From: an uncultured Clostridia bacterium
GTDB taxonomy: Bacteria > Acidobacteriota > Aminicenantia > UBA2199
Assembly (NCBI GenBank): GCA_964573895.1
Contig: CAZNLS010000003.1
Coordinates: forward strand, 6,976-55,947
Direction of reading: 5' to 3'
DNA length: 48,972 nucleotides
The notes beneath the pieces are model-generated. The model ran no database searches. It saw only the letters and a program-made list of their open reading frames with translations, and was not told the origin of the DNA. Position 1 is the stretch's first letter, and each line of letters opens with the position of its first letter. Shown here piece after piece: positions 18,432-27,295 of this stretch. The position numbers were made by a program, and so were the translations under genes.

Positions 18432-19709
18432 ATGATAGAGATTGATCTGTTAGTAAAAAATATAAAGGAGCTTGTAAATCCTTCATCCGATCATTTTACC
18501 CGTGGAAAAGAGCTGAATTCAATAAGGAGAAGTGAAAATGTATGGATCGGAGCAACGGGAGAACTTGTTACATATATCGGTTTTGAAAATGATTTTAATA
18601 AAAATTGCAGGTTGAAGGATAATGCGGTAGTAATAGATGCATCGAAATATGTTGTGATCCCCGGGTTGGTTGATCCTCATACTCATCTGCCTTTTGCAGG
18701 AACAAGGCAGCATGAATTCAGGAGAAAATTGCAGGGAGAGAGTTATCTTGAGATCGCTAAAGATGGTGGAGGAATTAAAGAGACTGTAAGACGGACAAGA
18801 AAGGCAGAGTTAAATGAATTGATAAAAGAGTGTGAATGGAGACTGGACAGGATGCTGCTTTCAGGAACTACAACAACGGAAGCCAAAAGCGGTTATGGAC
18901 TAAATATGGAATCGGAATTGAAACAGCTTGAAGCACTGAAGGTTCTGGATTCGTTTCACCCGATAGAAATTGTGTCAACATTCATGGGTGCTCATGATAT
19001 ACCGGATGAATTTAAGGGCAGAAACAGAGAGTTTCTGGAGTATATGTCAGATGAGGTTTTGAGAAGTGTTTCCGCCAGAAAACTTGCTGAATTTGGTGAC
19101 ATTTTCTGCGAGGAAGGTTATTTCTCCTATGAAGAGACTGAGTTTTATATTGATAAATTAATAGATGCCGGATTAAAGGTTAAAGTTCATTCCGATGAAT
19201 TTATTTCTAACGGAGCAGCTGAACTTGCAGCCAGAAAGGGGGCAATATCTGCAGAACATCTGATCAAAATAACCGATTCGGAAATAGATATTCTTTCAGC
19301 ATCAGATACTTCCGCAGTTCTTCTTCCCGGAGTATCATTCTTTTTAAAAATGGGTGAATATGCTCCAGTGAAAAAATTAATAGAAAAAAATGCAATAATC
19401 GCATTAGGTTCCGATTTTAATCCCGGGAGTTCTATGGTATCTTCCCAGCTTTTTATTTTTCATCTTGGAATCTATCAGATGGGTTTAACTATTGAACAGG
19501 CATTTAATATGGTTACAATAAATGCAGCCTATGCAATAGACAGAGCCGGCAGCTGCGGTTCATTAGTCCCGGGGAAAAAGATGGATCTTCTTTTACTGGA
19601 TATTCCGGATTTCAGCTACATTGCATATCATCTGGGTATTAATCCGGTATGCAGTGTGATAAAATCAGGAGAGATTGTCGTTGAAGACGGAAATATGACA
19701 TTCAAGTGA
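18432..19709 (+). CDS. hutI: imidazolonepropionase-type amidohydrolase
   Basis: 425-aa ORF with DPHTHL, TTTEAKSGYGL, DIFCEEG, SAEHL and GSDFNPGSS motifs matching the HutI pattern. Starts 3 nt after the ftsZ stop. Confidence 0.8.
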   Translation: MIEIDLLVKNIKELVNPSSDHFTRGKELNSIRRSENVWIGATGELVTYIGFENDFNKNCRLKDNAVVIDASKYVVIPGLVDPHTHLPFAGTRQHEFRRKLQGESYLEIAKDGGGIKETVRRTRKAELNELIKECEWRLDRMLLSGTTTTEAKSGYGLNMESELKQLEALKVLDSFHPIEIVSTFMGAHDIPDEFKGRNREFLEYMSDEVLRSVSARKLAEFGDIFCEEGYFSYEETEFYIDKLIDAGLKVKVHSDEFISNGAAELAARKGAISAEHLIKITDSEIDILSASDTSAVLLPGVSFFLKMGEYAPVKKLIEKNAIIALGSDFNPGSSMVSSQLFIFHLGIYQMGLTIEQAFNMVTINAAYAIDRAGSCGSLVPGKKMDLLLLDIPDFSYIAYHLGINPVCSVIKSGEIVVEDGNMTFK

Positions 19710-19715
19710 GGCTTT

Positions 19716-20519
19716 ATGGTTAGGCAACCTGCCGTTGCAGATATGTTTTATCCAGGTGACGAGAAAGATCTCAGGCTGCAGATACGGGCATTTATTGATG
19801 AGGAAAAGGAAACAGAACGGGCTTTAGGCCTGATCTCTCCCCATGCCGGATATGTCTATTCGGGAGGCAGTGCAGGTGCCGGATTTTCTGCTGTTAAGAT
19901 CCCGGACAGGATAGTGATCCTTGGTGTTGATCATCGGGGCTCGGGAAGTGATATGTGTCTGGACGGGTATTCGGCCTGGGAAACTCCATTGGGAACAATT
20001 CAGGTTGATACAGATTTTATCGGTAATATTGCTAAATATTCTGAAATATTTACAACTCTGCCGGGTGCCGGCTCTGATGAACATTCGATTGAAGTCCAGG
20101 TCCCTTTTATTCAGTTCCTCAATCCAAATGCAAAGATAGTCCCAATCCTTGTATCTTCCTTTGATCTTGAAGATATGAATTCCGCTGCTGTTATTATTGC
20201 TGATGCGGTAAAATCCGGGTCCGTAGAAACTTTGGTAATTGCATCAACTGATATGAGTCATTATGTCAGTGCAGATGAGGCCAGGCTGAAAGATTTCAGA
20301 GTGATAAAAAAAATAGAGAGCCTGGATCCCGAAGGGATGATTCAGACTGTAAAAAGGCTGCAGGTTTCCATGTGCGGAGTGACTACAGTCTATACAATGA
20401 TGAAGACGGTTCAGAAACTGGGAGCAAAAGTAAGTATGATCCTGAACTATTCCAATTCAGGGGAAGTAAGCGGAGATATGGACCAGGTTGTAGGCTATAT
20501 GAGTGCTGCAATTTTTTAA
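19716..20519 (+). CDS. amrB: AmmeMemoRadiSam system protein B (Memo-like)
   Basis: 267-aa ORF with the N-terminal RQPAVADMFYPGD..L and SPHAGYVYSG motifs characteristic of the Memo/AmrB family. Confidence 0.85.
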   Translation: MVRQPAVADMFYPGDEKDLRLQIRAFIDEEKETERALGLISPHAGYVYSGGSAGAGFSAVKIPDRIVILGVDHRGSGSDMCLDGYSAWETPLGTIQVDTDFIGNIAKYSEIFTTLPGAGSDEHSIEVQVPFIQFLNPNAKIVPILVSSFDLEDMNSAAVIIADAVKSGSVETLVIASTDMSHYVSADEARLKDFRVIKKIESLDPEGMIQTVKRLQVSMCGVTTVYTMMKTVQKLGAKVSMILNYSNSGEVSGDMDQVVGYMSAAIF

Positions 20520-20521
20520 TT

Positions 20522-21235
20522 GTGACAACTTTCCTTTATGCCGAAGAACTTAAAAAAATTTTCAATGTCTTTGGCAGTTATTATAATTTGATAGATAAAA
20601 GCAGTGGAATAACTTACTGCAGAAATCTGCTGGAAATATACTCGAATGAAATAGTTCATGTGAAAACAGAGAATTCACTGTTTTTTGGAATTCCAGATGC
20701 TATATTTGTGATGATGAATCCCGGCTCATCTGAACCAAGAGAACCCGGATATGTTGAACCGCAGCTGAATATCACCGGTTTTGAAAAAACACTTTTGAGA
20801 AACAGGAATGTTAAAGCAAAACCCGATGTTACCCAGTATCAGGTTATGAGGATAATGGCGGAGAAGAAATGGAAGCATGTCAGGGTGGTGAATTTATCTG
20901 ATATACGTGAACCGAAAAGTTTAAAATTTTTCAAAAATGTAAAGGAATTTGAAAAAAAATTTGGAGATGTACATACAATTTTTTCTAATTCCAGAAGAAT
21001 CGAGAGAGAGAGAGCCTTTAAAATGAAACATACGGACTCCCCCGTAATTCTTGGCTGGGGACTTGGCACTCCTTTAGTACCGCTTGCAGTTCGGGCAATG
21101 GATTTTTTAAGAAAATTCAGTCTTTTTGGAGTTCAATCAAAAAAAAATCCTCTTCTTTATTCTCACCCCAGCCCTAATATACAAATTGCAAAAGAAAAAT
21201 GGATCAAGGAAATATTGAGACAGTTAAAAGAATAG
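20522..21235 (+). CDS. DUF1643 domain-containing protein
   Basis: The ORF is open from 20372, but its first 148 nt overlap amrB. GTG at 20522 is the first start after the amrB stop; no SD is visible, so the start is uncertain. The FVMMNPGSSEP motif and a downstream KPDVTQ motif resemble the DUF1643 signature (MLNPS..D.T). Confidence 0.6.
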   Translation: MTTFLYAEELKKIFNVFGSYYNLIDKSSGITYCRNLLEIYSNEIVHVKTENSLFFGIPDAIFVMMNPGSSEPREPGYVEPQLNITGFEKTLLRNRNVKAKPDVTQYQVMRIMAEKKWKHVRVVNLSDIREPKSLKFFKNVKEFEKKFGDVHTIFSNSRRIERERAFKMKHTDSPVILGWGLGTPLVPLAVRAMDFLRKFSLFGVQSKKNPLLYSHPSPNIQIAKEKWIKEILRQLKE

Positions 21236-21277
21236 TTTACCCTTTAGTTGCAAGATACCCGGATCAGTGAAATGTTT

Positions 21278-23104
21278 TTATTCTACTGTTACCGATTTTG
21301 CCAGATTCCTGGGTTTATCTATATCACACCCCAGGTGGTCGGCAATATAGTATGCAAAAAGCTGAAGTGGAATCACATTTAAAATAGGTTGAAGTACGGG
21401 GAGAGTTTTGGGAACAATTATAGTATCATCTGAAATATTTTCAACTTTCTCAATTCCGCTGTTAGTGATAGTCAAAATCTTTCCCTTCCGCGCTTTTATC
21501 TCTTCCATATTGTTGATCATCTTGTCTACAACCTGATCATCGGTTGCGATTGCGACAGTTGGGAAGTTTTTATCAATAAGAGAAATCGGGCCATGCTTCA
21601 TCTCGCCCGCAGGGTATCCCTCCGCATGGATGTATGAGATCTCCTTCAATTTCAATGCGCCTTCCATTGCAGTAGGATAGTTAAAATGCCTCCCGATAAA
21701 CAAGAAATCACGAAAGCCTGAATATTTAAGTGCGATCTCTTTTATACTTTTAGAATTACTTAGAATCTCTTTAATCTGATCCGGGATCATCTTCAGGTGT
21801 TGAATGATCTCTCTCCCTTCCGTGAAAGAGATACTCTGGTACCTTCCGATAAGAAGTGCTATCAGGGTTAAAGTGACCAGTTGAGAAGTATAGATTTTTG
21901 TAGAAGCAACACAAATCTCCGGCCCTGCATGGTTGTAAACTCCCGCATCAGTAATTTGTGCAATCGAAGTACCCACAGAATTAACTATCCCAAGAAGCAG
22001 AGCTCCCTTACGTTTTGCCTCCTTCAAAGCGGCAATAGTGTCTGCCGTTTCTCCGGATTGAGAAATTGCAAGAACTCCTACATTCTTATCAAGTTTCAAT
22101 TTTCGATAGCGAAATTCAGAAGCCATTTCAGTCTCAACATCGAGTTCCGTCAGGTGTTCAAATATATATCTTCCAATTAGACCTGCATAAAAACTGGTTC
22201 CGCAGGATATGATAATAAGTTTTTTTATATTTTTCAGTCTGTCAACCACTGGTTCAAGGCCTCCGAGTTTTGAGACTCCTTCACTCTCAATGATCCTTCC
22301 TCTGTAGGCATTTTTTACACTTATTGGTTGTTCAAAAATCTCTTTCAGCATGAAATGATTGAATCCTTTTTTATCTCTTGCATAGGATTCAGGGTCGAAT
22401 GTTTCAACTTTTTTTTTAAGGATCTCATTTCGGAAATTTTTGATATAGTAACCTGAAGAATTGATAACTGCCATTTCGTCATCACTCAGTACTATCATCT
22501 TGTTTGTATAAGGAGAAATTGCAGATGAATCAGATGCAGCATAATAGCCGTCATCACTGATCCCAATGATTATAGGGCTGCCGCTTTTAACAAGTACAAT
22601 TTTATTTTTAACATCCGAATGCATTACGGCAAGGCCGAAAGTTCCCGAAAGTTTTTCGACCGTGTGAAGAACCGACTGTTCCAGATCACCATTGAAATAT
22701 TCTTCAACAAGGTGAGCGAGTACTTCCGTGTCAGTATCTGAACTGAAGTTGTGTCCTTTTTTAATAAGCATCTCTTTTAATTCTTTATAATTCTCAATGA
22801 TCCCGTTATGAACCACCATGATTTTACCCGAACAATCTCCCTGTGGGTGTGCATTTTTTTCAGAAGGGACTCCGTGAGTAGCCCACCTGGTGTGAGCAAT
22901 TCCGACTACCGCATTCGATTCTAAATGAGAGACTTTTGCTTCCAGGTTTGAAACTTTCCCTTCAGCTTTGAAAACAAGGAGTTTCCCGTCTTCCTCAATT
23001 GACAGTCCGGCGGAATCGTATCCTCTGTATTCAAGGTTTTTTAATCCTTCAAGAAGTATCGGTAATACTCTCCGTTTTCCACTATAACAGACAATTCCGC
23101 ACAT
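21278..23104 (-). CDS. glmS: glutamine--fructose-6-phosphate transaminase (isomerizing)
   Basis: 608-aa ORF with the N-terminal nucleophile MCGIV and two SIS domains. The C-terminus ends KSVTVE. Confidence 0.96.
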   Translation of the reverse strand: MCGIVCYSGKRRVLPILLEGLKNLEYRGYDSAGLSIEEDGKLLVFKAEGKVSNLEAKVSHLESNAVVGIAHTRWATHGVPSEKNAHPQGDCSGKIMVVHNGIIENYKELKEMLIKKGHNFSSDTDTEVLAHLVEEYFNGDLEQSVLHTVEKLSGTFGLAVMHSDVKNKIVLVKSGSPIIIGISDDGYYAASDSSAISPYTNKMIVLSDDEMAVINSSGYYIKNFRNEILKKKVETFDPESYARDKKGFNHFMLKEIFEQPISVKNAYRGRIIESEGVSKLGGLEPVVDRLKNIKKLIIISCGTSFYAGLIGRYIFEHLTELDVETEMASEFRYRKLKLDKNVGVLAISQSGETADTIAALKEAKRKGALLLGIVNSVGTSIAQITDAGVYNHAGPEICVASTKIYTSQLVTLTLIALLIGRYQSISFTEGREIIQHLKMIPDQIKEILSNSKSIKEIALKYSGFRDFLFIGRHFNYPTAMEGALKLKEISYIHAEGYPAGEMKHGPISLIDKNFPTVAIATDDQVVDKMINNMEEIKARKGKILTITNSGIEKVENISDDTIIVPKTLPVLQPILNVIPLQLFAYYIADHLGCDIDKPRNLAKSVTVE

Positions 23105-23112
23105 ATTTCCCC

Positions 23113-24492
23113 CTATTTAAAGTGAGTTAATTTTTTCTTCCCCAGCGGATAAACATTAAACCCGGTATCGAAAAGATTCCCGTGGTCGAGAATATTCCTG
23201 CCGTCAAATATGAATGCCGGTTTTTTCATTCGGGTGAAGATTTTTTTATAATCAAGTTCCTTATAAATTTTCCATTCTGTTATGACTGCAATTGCGCTTG
23301 AACCCTCAGCGGCTTTATAGGGATCTTTTTCAAATTCTATTTTATTACTGAGAACTTTCAAATCTGTTTTTGCATTCTCCAGAGCCTTTGGATCTGTAAC
23401 TGATATCCGGGCTTTTTCTTCAAGAAGATATTTAGCTATATCAAAAGCCGGAGATTCCCTCGTATCACCGGTATCTGCTTTAAATGCAAAACCAAACAAA
23501 GCGATCTTCTTACCAGCGACAGTATTAAACATCTCTTTAACAATCTTTCTTACAAATCTTTTTTTCTGATATTCATTCATACGAACAACAGATTCCCAGT
23601 AATCAGCAACTTCATAAAGGCCGTAACTTTTAGAGATGTATACAAGATTCAGAATATCTTTTTTAAAACATGATCCGCCGAATCCGACACTTGAATTTAA
23701 AAATTTAATGCCGATTCTTGAGTCAGATCCTATTGCTCTTGATATTTCTGTTACATCGGCATCAGTTTTCTCACTCAGAGCGGAAATTGAGTTAATAGAT
23801 GATATTCGCTGTGCAAGAAATGCATTTGCTATCAGTTTAGAGAGCTCGGAAGACCATAGATTTGTAGTAATTATTCTTTCCTTGGGAACCCAGTGCTCAT
23901 AAATTTCGGAAATTTCCTTTGCAGCTCTCAATCCCTCTTCAGTCTGGTGGGATCCTATGAGTACCCTGTCCGGTTTAAGCAGGTCGCTGATTGCTGTCCC
24001 TTCGGCAAGAAATTCCGGATTCGAAACAACTTCAAACCTGGTTCCGTTACTGCTGGATTTAAGAATTCTCTCCATTGCTTCTGCCGTTCTCACCGGGAGA
24101 GTGCTCTTTTCAACAATAATCTTATTGCTGCTGGAATTTTCAACGATTTGATGAGCCGTCTCTTCCCAGTACTGAAGATCGGAAGCCATTCCCGCTCCTT
24201 CGCCGAAAGTTTTTGTAGGAGTATTAACTGAAACGAAAATTATATCTGCTTCATCAATTTTAGCAGTAATATCTGTTGAGAAAAAAAGATTTTTTCCCCT
24301 TGCCTCTTTTACGGTTTCGGGAAGCAGCGGCTCGAATATCGGAAGTTCATCAGAATTCCATTTCCGGATCCTCTCTTCATTGATATCAACAACATCCACT
24401 CTGTACTCCGGGCACATTTTTGCAATAACAGCCATTGTAGGTCCTCCCACGTAACCTGCCCCGATACAGAGAATCTTCTTTTTAAAATCCAT
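23113..24492 (-). CDS. ugd: UDP-glucose 6-dehydrogenase
   Basis: 459-aa ORF with the CIGAGYVGGPT Rossmann motif and the catalytic-Cys motif GFGGSCFKKD. Lies 8 nt upstream of glmS. Confidence 0.92.
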   Translation of the reverse strand: MDFKKKILCIGAGYVGGPTMAVIAKMCPEYRVDVVDINEERIRKWNSDELPIFEPLLPETVKEARGKNLFFSTDITAKIDEADIIFVSVNTPTKTFGEGAGMASDLQYWEETAHQIVENSSSNKIIVEKSTLPVRTAEAMERILKSSSNGTRFEVVSNPEFLAEGTAISDLLKPDRVLIGSHQTEEGLRAAKEISEIYEHWVPKERIITTNLWSSELSKLIANAFLAQRISSINSISALSEKTDADVTEISRAIGSDSRIGIKFLNSSVGFGGSCFKKDILNLVYISKSYGLYEVADYWESVVRMNEYQKKRFVRKIVKEMFNTVAGKKIALFGFAFKADTGDTRESPAFDIAKYLLEEKARISVTDPKALENAKTDLKVLSNKIEFEKDPYKAAEGSSAIAVITEWKIYKELDYKKIFTRMKKPAFIFDGRNILDHGNLFDTGFNVYPLGKKKLTHFK

Positions 24493-24597
24493 TAATTTTC
24501 CTTAATAGAAGCGATAAGTTCATCAGTTCAATTTTAGCACAATTTTATATCATTAAGAAACTCATATGACTGAACCGTTTTTATAAAAAAAAAAATT

Positions 24598-25770
24598 CTA
24601 AAAGAATTTTTTAACATTAATGAGCAGGATGATTGCAAAAACTATAATGAAAAGAATATTCATCACAATACTATTCTTATATTCTCCGGATTCTTCCGAA
24701 TTAAGCAGGTAAAAGACAAAAATTGATACGATGGGAATCAGGAGTGCATTTGCAATCTGGGCTAAAATGATCAGTTGCAAAGGTTTAATTTTAATCAGGC
24801 TGAGAATTATCCCTGTTCCGATTACTCCTGTATAAACTGATTTGAATCCGGGGCCGTTTTCTTTTAGATTGAACAGTCCCTTTGCTGTCCAGGCAGCCGC
24901 ATATGGGGCTGTTATCGCCGAAGACAGTCCTGCGGAAAACAGACCAATTCCAAACAGCCATTTTGCCATATTTCCGAAGAGCGGCGCCAGTTGCATCGAG
25001 AGATCAGAGGGAGAATTTATGTTTACCGATTTAAAATAATATGCCGAGGCTGCCGTAACAACAATTGCCCCTGTAATAATGCCTCCCAGTCCGATCGCAA
25101 GGATTATATCCCACCTCATCAGTCTCATATCCCTGCTATTCCATTTTTTCAGAACTGTTGAGGAGTGGAGGAATATATTGTATGGAACGATTGTCGTACC
25201 AAGGAGTGCAAGAATAAGATATAGAGAATTTTTTGGAAATTTGATCTTAAGACCACCCAATAATTTTCCTAATCCGGGTGAAACAATGATCCCGGTAATA
25301 AAAAAGCTTATTCCCATCAATATAACAAGTCCGATCAAAAACCGTTCAATAAATTTATATTTACCGGCAAAAAGAATAAAAAGTGCAGTGAAACTTATGA
25401 TAACCACCCAAAGCCTGATACCGGTCCCTGTAAGAATATTCATACCCGCACTCCCTCCTACGATGTTTCCTGCTTCATATGCTGCACATCCGATAATTAT
25501 TGCAATAAATGCAAGTATAGAAAATACCTTTCTTATCCATAATTTTTTGGGGATTTTAATAAGTGCAGAGCCAATGTCAATTCCGGAAGAAAGTGCAAAT
25601 CTGCCTGCCATTTCCTGAATAACTATTGCCGAACACAGTGCAAGCAGAACAACCCACAGAAGAGAATATCCGAAGTGTGCACCTGCAAGTGTTGCTGATG
25701 TAACTGTTCCGGGACCAATAAATGCGGCGGTCACCAGGAATCCGGGTCCGAATTTACTCTTTTTTGCCAT
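24598..25770 (-). CDS. NRAMP-superfamily transporter with non-canonical binding-site residues
   Basis: The preferred start is ATG at 25770 (MAKKSKFGPGF...), preceded by CAGGAGGAGGAGGAT. The N-terminus aligns by eye with MntH (GPxF..A.GYIDPGN..T...AG..FGY.LLWVV), but DPGN is GPGT here. The TM6 motif MPH is VPY (GTTIVPYNIFLHSS). Confidence 0.85.
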   Translation of the reverse strand: MAKKSKFGPGFLVTAAFIGPGTVTSATLAGAHFGYSLLWVVLLALCSAIVIQEMAGRFALSSGIDIGSALIKIPKKLWIRKVFSILAFIAIIIGCAAYEAGNIVGGSAGMNILTGTGIRLWVVIISFTALFILFAGKYKFIERFLIGLVILMGISFFITGIIVSPGLGKLLGGLKIKFPKNSLYLILALLGTTIVPYNIFLHSSTVLKKWNSRDMRLMRWDIILAIGLGGIITGAIVVTAASAYYFKSVNINSPSDLSMQLAPLFGNMAKWLFGIGLFSAGLSSAITAPYAAAWTAKGLFNLKENGPGFKSVYTGVIGTGIILSLIKIKPLQLIILAQIANALLIPIVSIFVFYLLNSEESGEYKNSIVMNILFIIVFAIILLINVKKFF

Positions 25771-27295
25771 ATCCTCCTCCTCCTGGAGTTTCAATTCTAA
25801 GGATGTCACCTTTTCTCAGATCTATATTCACTTTTGAACTGAGAATTATTTTTTTGCCTCCACGGATTAATGTATTTCTGCCGCATTTGCCATTTTCACC
25901 TCCTCCGATCCCCCATGGCGGAAATTTCCTTCTTTCAGTTAAAAGGCTTGCAGTCATGTCTTTCAGAAATTTGTATTCCCTTATAATTCCGTCACCTCCG
26001 TCGTGTCTCCCTTTGCCGCCTGAGGCTTTTCTTATTGAGTAGGTTCCCATCAGGACAGGAAAATTTCTCTCCAGAATTTCGATTGGGGTGTTTAGGGAAT
26101 TTGTCATATGAGAATGAACGGCTGAGATACCGTCTCCATAAGAAGAGGCCCCTGTACCACCTCCGATTGTTTCATAATATGCAGAATCTCCTTCACCGAA
26201 AGAGATGTTATTCATTGTACCCTGTGATGCGGCGGGAATTACTCCTTTAAGTGCGGAGTCCATTGCCATTAGAATAACATCGGTTATTCTCTGTGATGTC
26301 TCCACATTTCCTCCTGCAATTGCAGCAGGTCTCACAGGGTTAACGACTGAACGTGAGGGAAGAATCAGTTTCACATGTCTCATTACTCCTGAATTTATAG
26401 GAATATCCTCTTTAAGAAGTGTATTTAAAACATAGAGTACTGCAGAGTATACAATTGCCCGGTTTGCATTGATCCCGCCGTATGTCTGGGGATCTGAACC
26501 TGTAAAATCAAAAGTGATTTTTTCCGTTTCAATACTTATTTTAAGTCTGATCCTGACTCTGGTTTCGGAAAATCCGTCATTGTCCAGAAAATCTTCACTG
26601 ATGTAAATCCCTTTTGGTATTGATTTAAGAAAATTCATAAATAGTGTTTCAGTGTACTTTATCAAGCTGTCAGACAGCCGGAGGATATTTTCAAAACCGT
26701 ACTTTTTAATCAGTTCTTCCAGTCTCTCTTTTCCCCTTCTGTTTGCAGCAATTTGTGCCATGAGGTCACCGTTTCTCTCAGATGGGGTCCTCACATTTGC
26801 AAGAATAATTGAAAGCAGATCCTTATTGAGTTTTCCTTTTTCAATAATCCTGACCGGAGGAATTATTAATCCTTCCTGATAGATTTCGGAAGCGAGGGGC
26901 ATGGACCCTGCTTTCATCCCGCCGACATCTGAGTGATGTGCACGGTTAGCAACAAAGAATTGAACACTCCCGTTTATGAATAACGGAGTGATTAAAGTAA
27001 TATCCGGAAGGTGAGTTCCTCCGCTGAAGGGGTCATTAAGTATAAAAGTATCCTCCGGGTTGAACTCGCATGTCCCGGTTATTGCCTTGACAGAGAGAGG
27101 CATTGCACCGAGATGAACGGGAATGTGGCTTCCGAATGCAAAACTCTCGGAATTATTGTTGAAAAGTGCGCAGGAATAGTCGAGCCTCTCCTTTATATTT
27201 GGAGATTGCGATGAGAGTCTGAGAATTTCCCCCATCTCACTGCAGATTGATTCGAAGAGGTTCCTGAATATTGAGGTTTCGATTGAATCCATCAT
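25754..27295 (-). CDS. hyuB: hydantoinase B/oxoprolinase family protein
   Basis: 513-aa ORF with DPFSGGTHLPD, the C-terminal ETPGGGGYG and other HyuB-family patterns. Overlaps hyuA by 4 nt. Confidence 0.88.
   Translation of the reverse strand: MMDSIETSIFRNLFESICSEMGEILRLSSQSPNIKERLDYSCALFNNNSESFAFGSHIPVHLGAMPLSVKAITGTCEFNPEDTFILNDPFSGGTHLPDITLITPLFINGSVQFFVANRAHHSDVGGMKAGSMPLASEIYQEGLIIPPVRIIEKGKLNKDLLSIILANVRTPSERNGDLMAQIAANRRGKERLEELIKKYGFENILRLSDSLIKYTETLFMNFLKSIPKGIYISEDFLDNDGFSETRVRIRLKISIETEKITFDFTGSDPQTYGGINANRAIVYSAVLYVLNTLLKEDIPINSGVMRHVKLILPSRSVVNPVRPAAIAGGNVETSQRITDVILMAMDSALKGVIPAASQGTMNNISFGEGDSAYYETIGGGTGASSYGDGISAVHSHMTNSLNTPIEILERNFPVLMGTYSIRKASGGKGRHDGGDGIIREYKFLKDMTASLLTERRKFPPWGIGGGENGKCGRNTLIRGGKKIILSSKVNIDLRKGDILRIETPGGGGYGKKE

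Noticed and set aside
23105-23112. glmS ribozyme upstream of glmS
   Set aside because: Only 8 nt separate the ugd stop from the glmS start, so there is no room for the roughly 170-nt ribozyme. glmS is evidently cotranscribed with ugd.
25771-25809. N-terminal extension (MTSLELKLQEEED) of the NRAMP-like ORF as given in the ORF track
   Set aside because: The extension lies within the hyuB coding sequence. The internal ATG at 25770 has a very strong SD and matches the conserved family N-terminus.
25079-26042. Plus-strand ORFs of 179 aa and 106 aa (one Pro-rich) opposite the NRAMP-like and hyuB genes
   Set aside because: They are antisense to strongly supported genes. The Pro-rich stretch is simply the complement of the Gly codons of the hyuB GGGGYG region.
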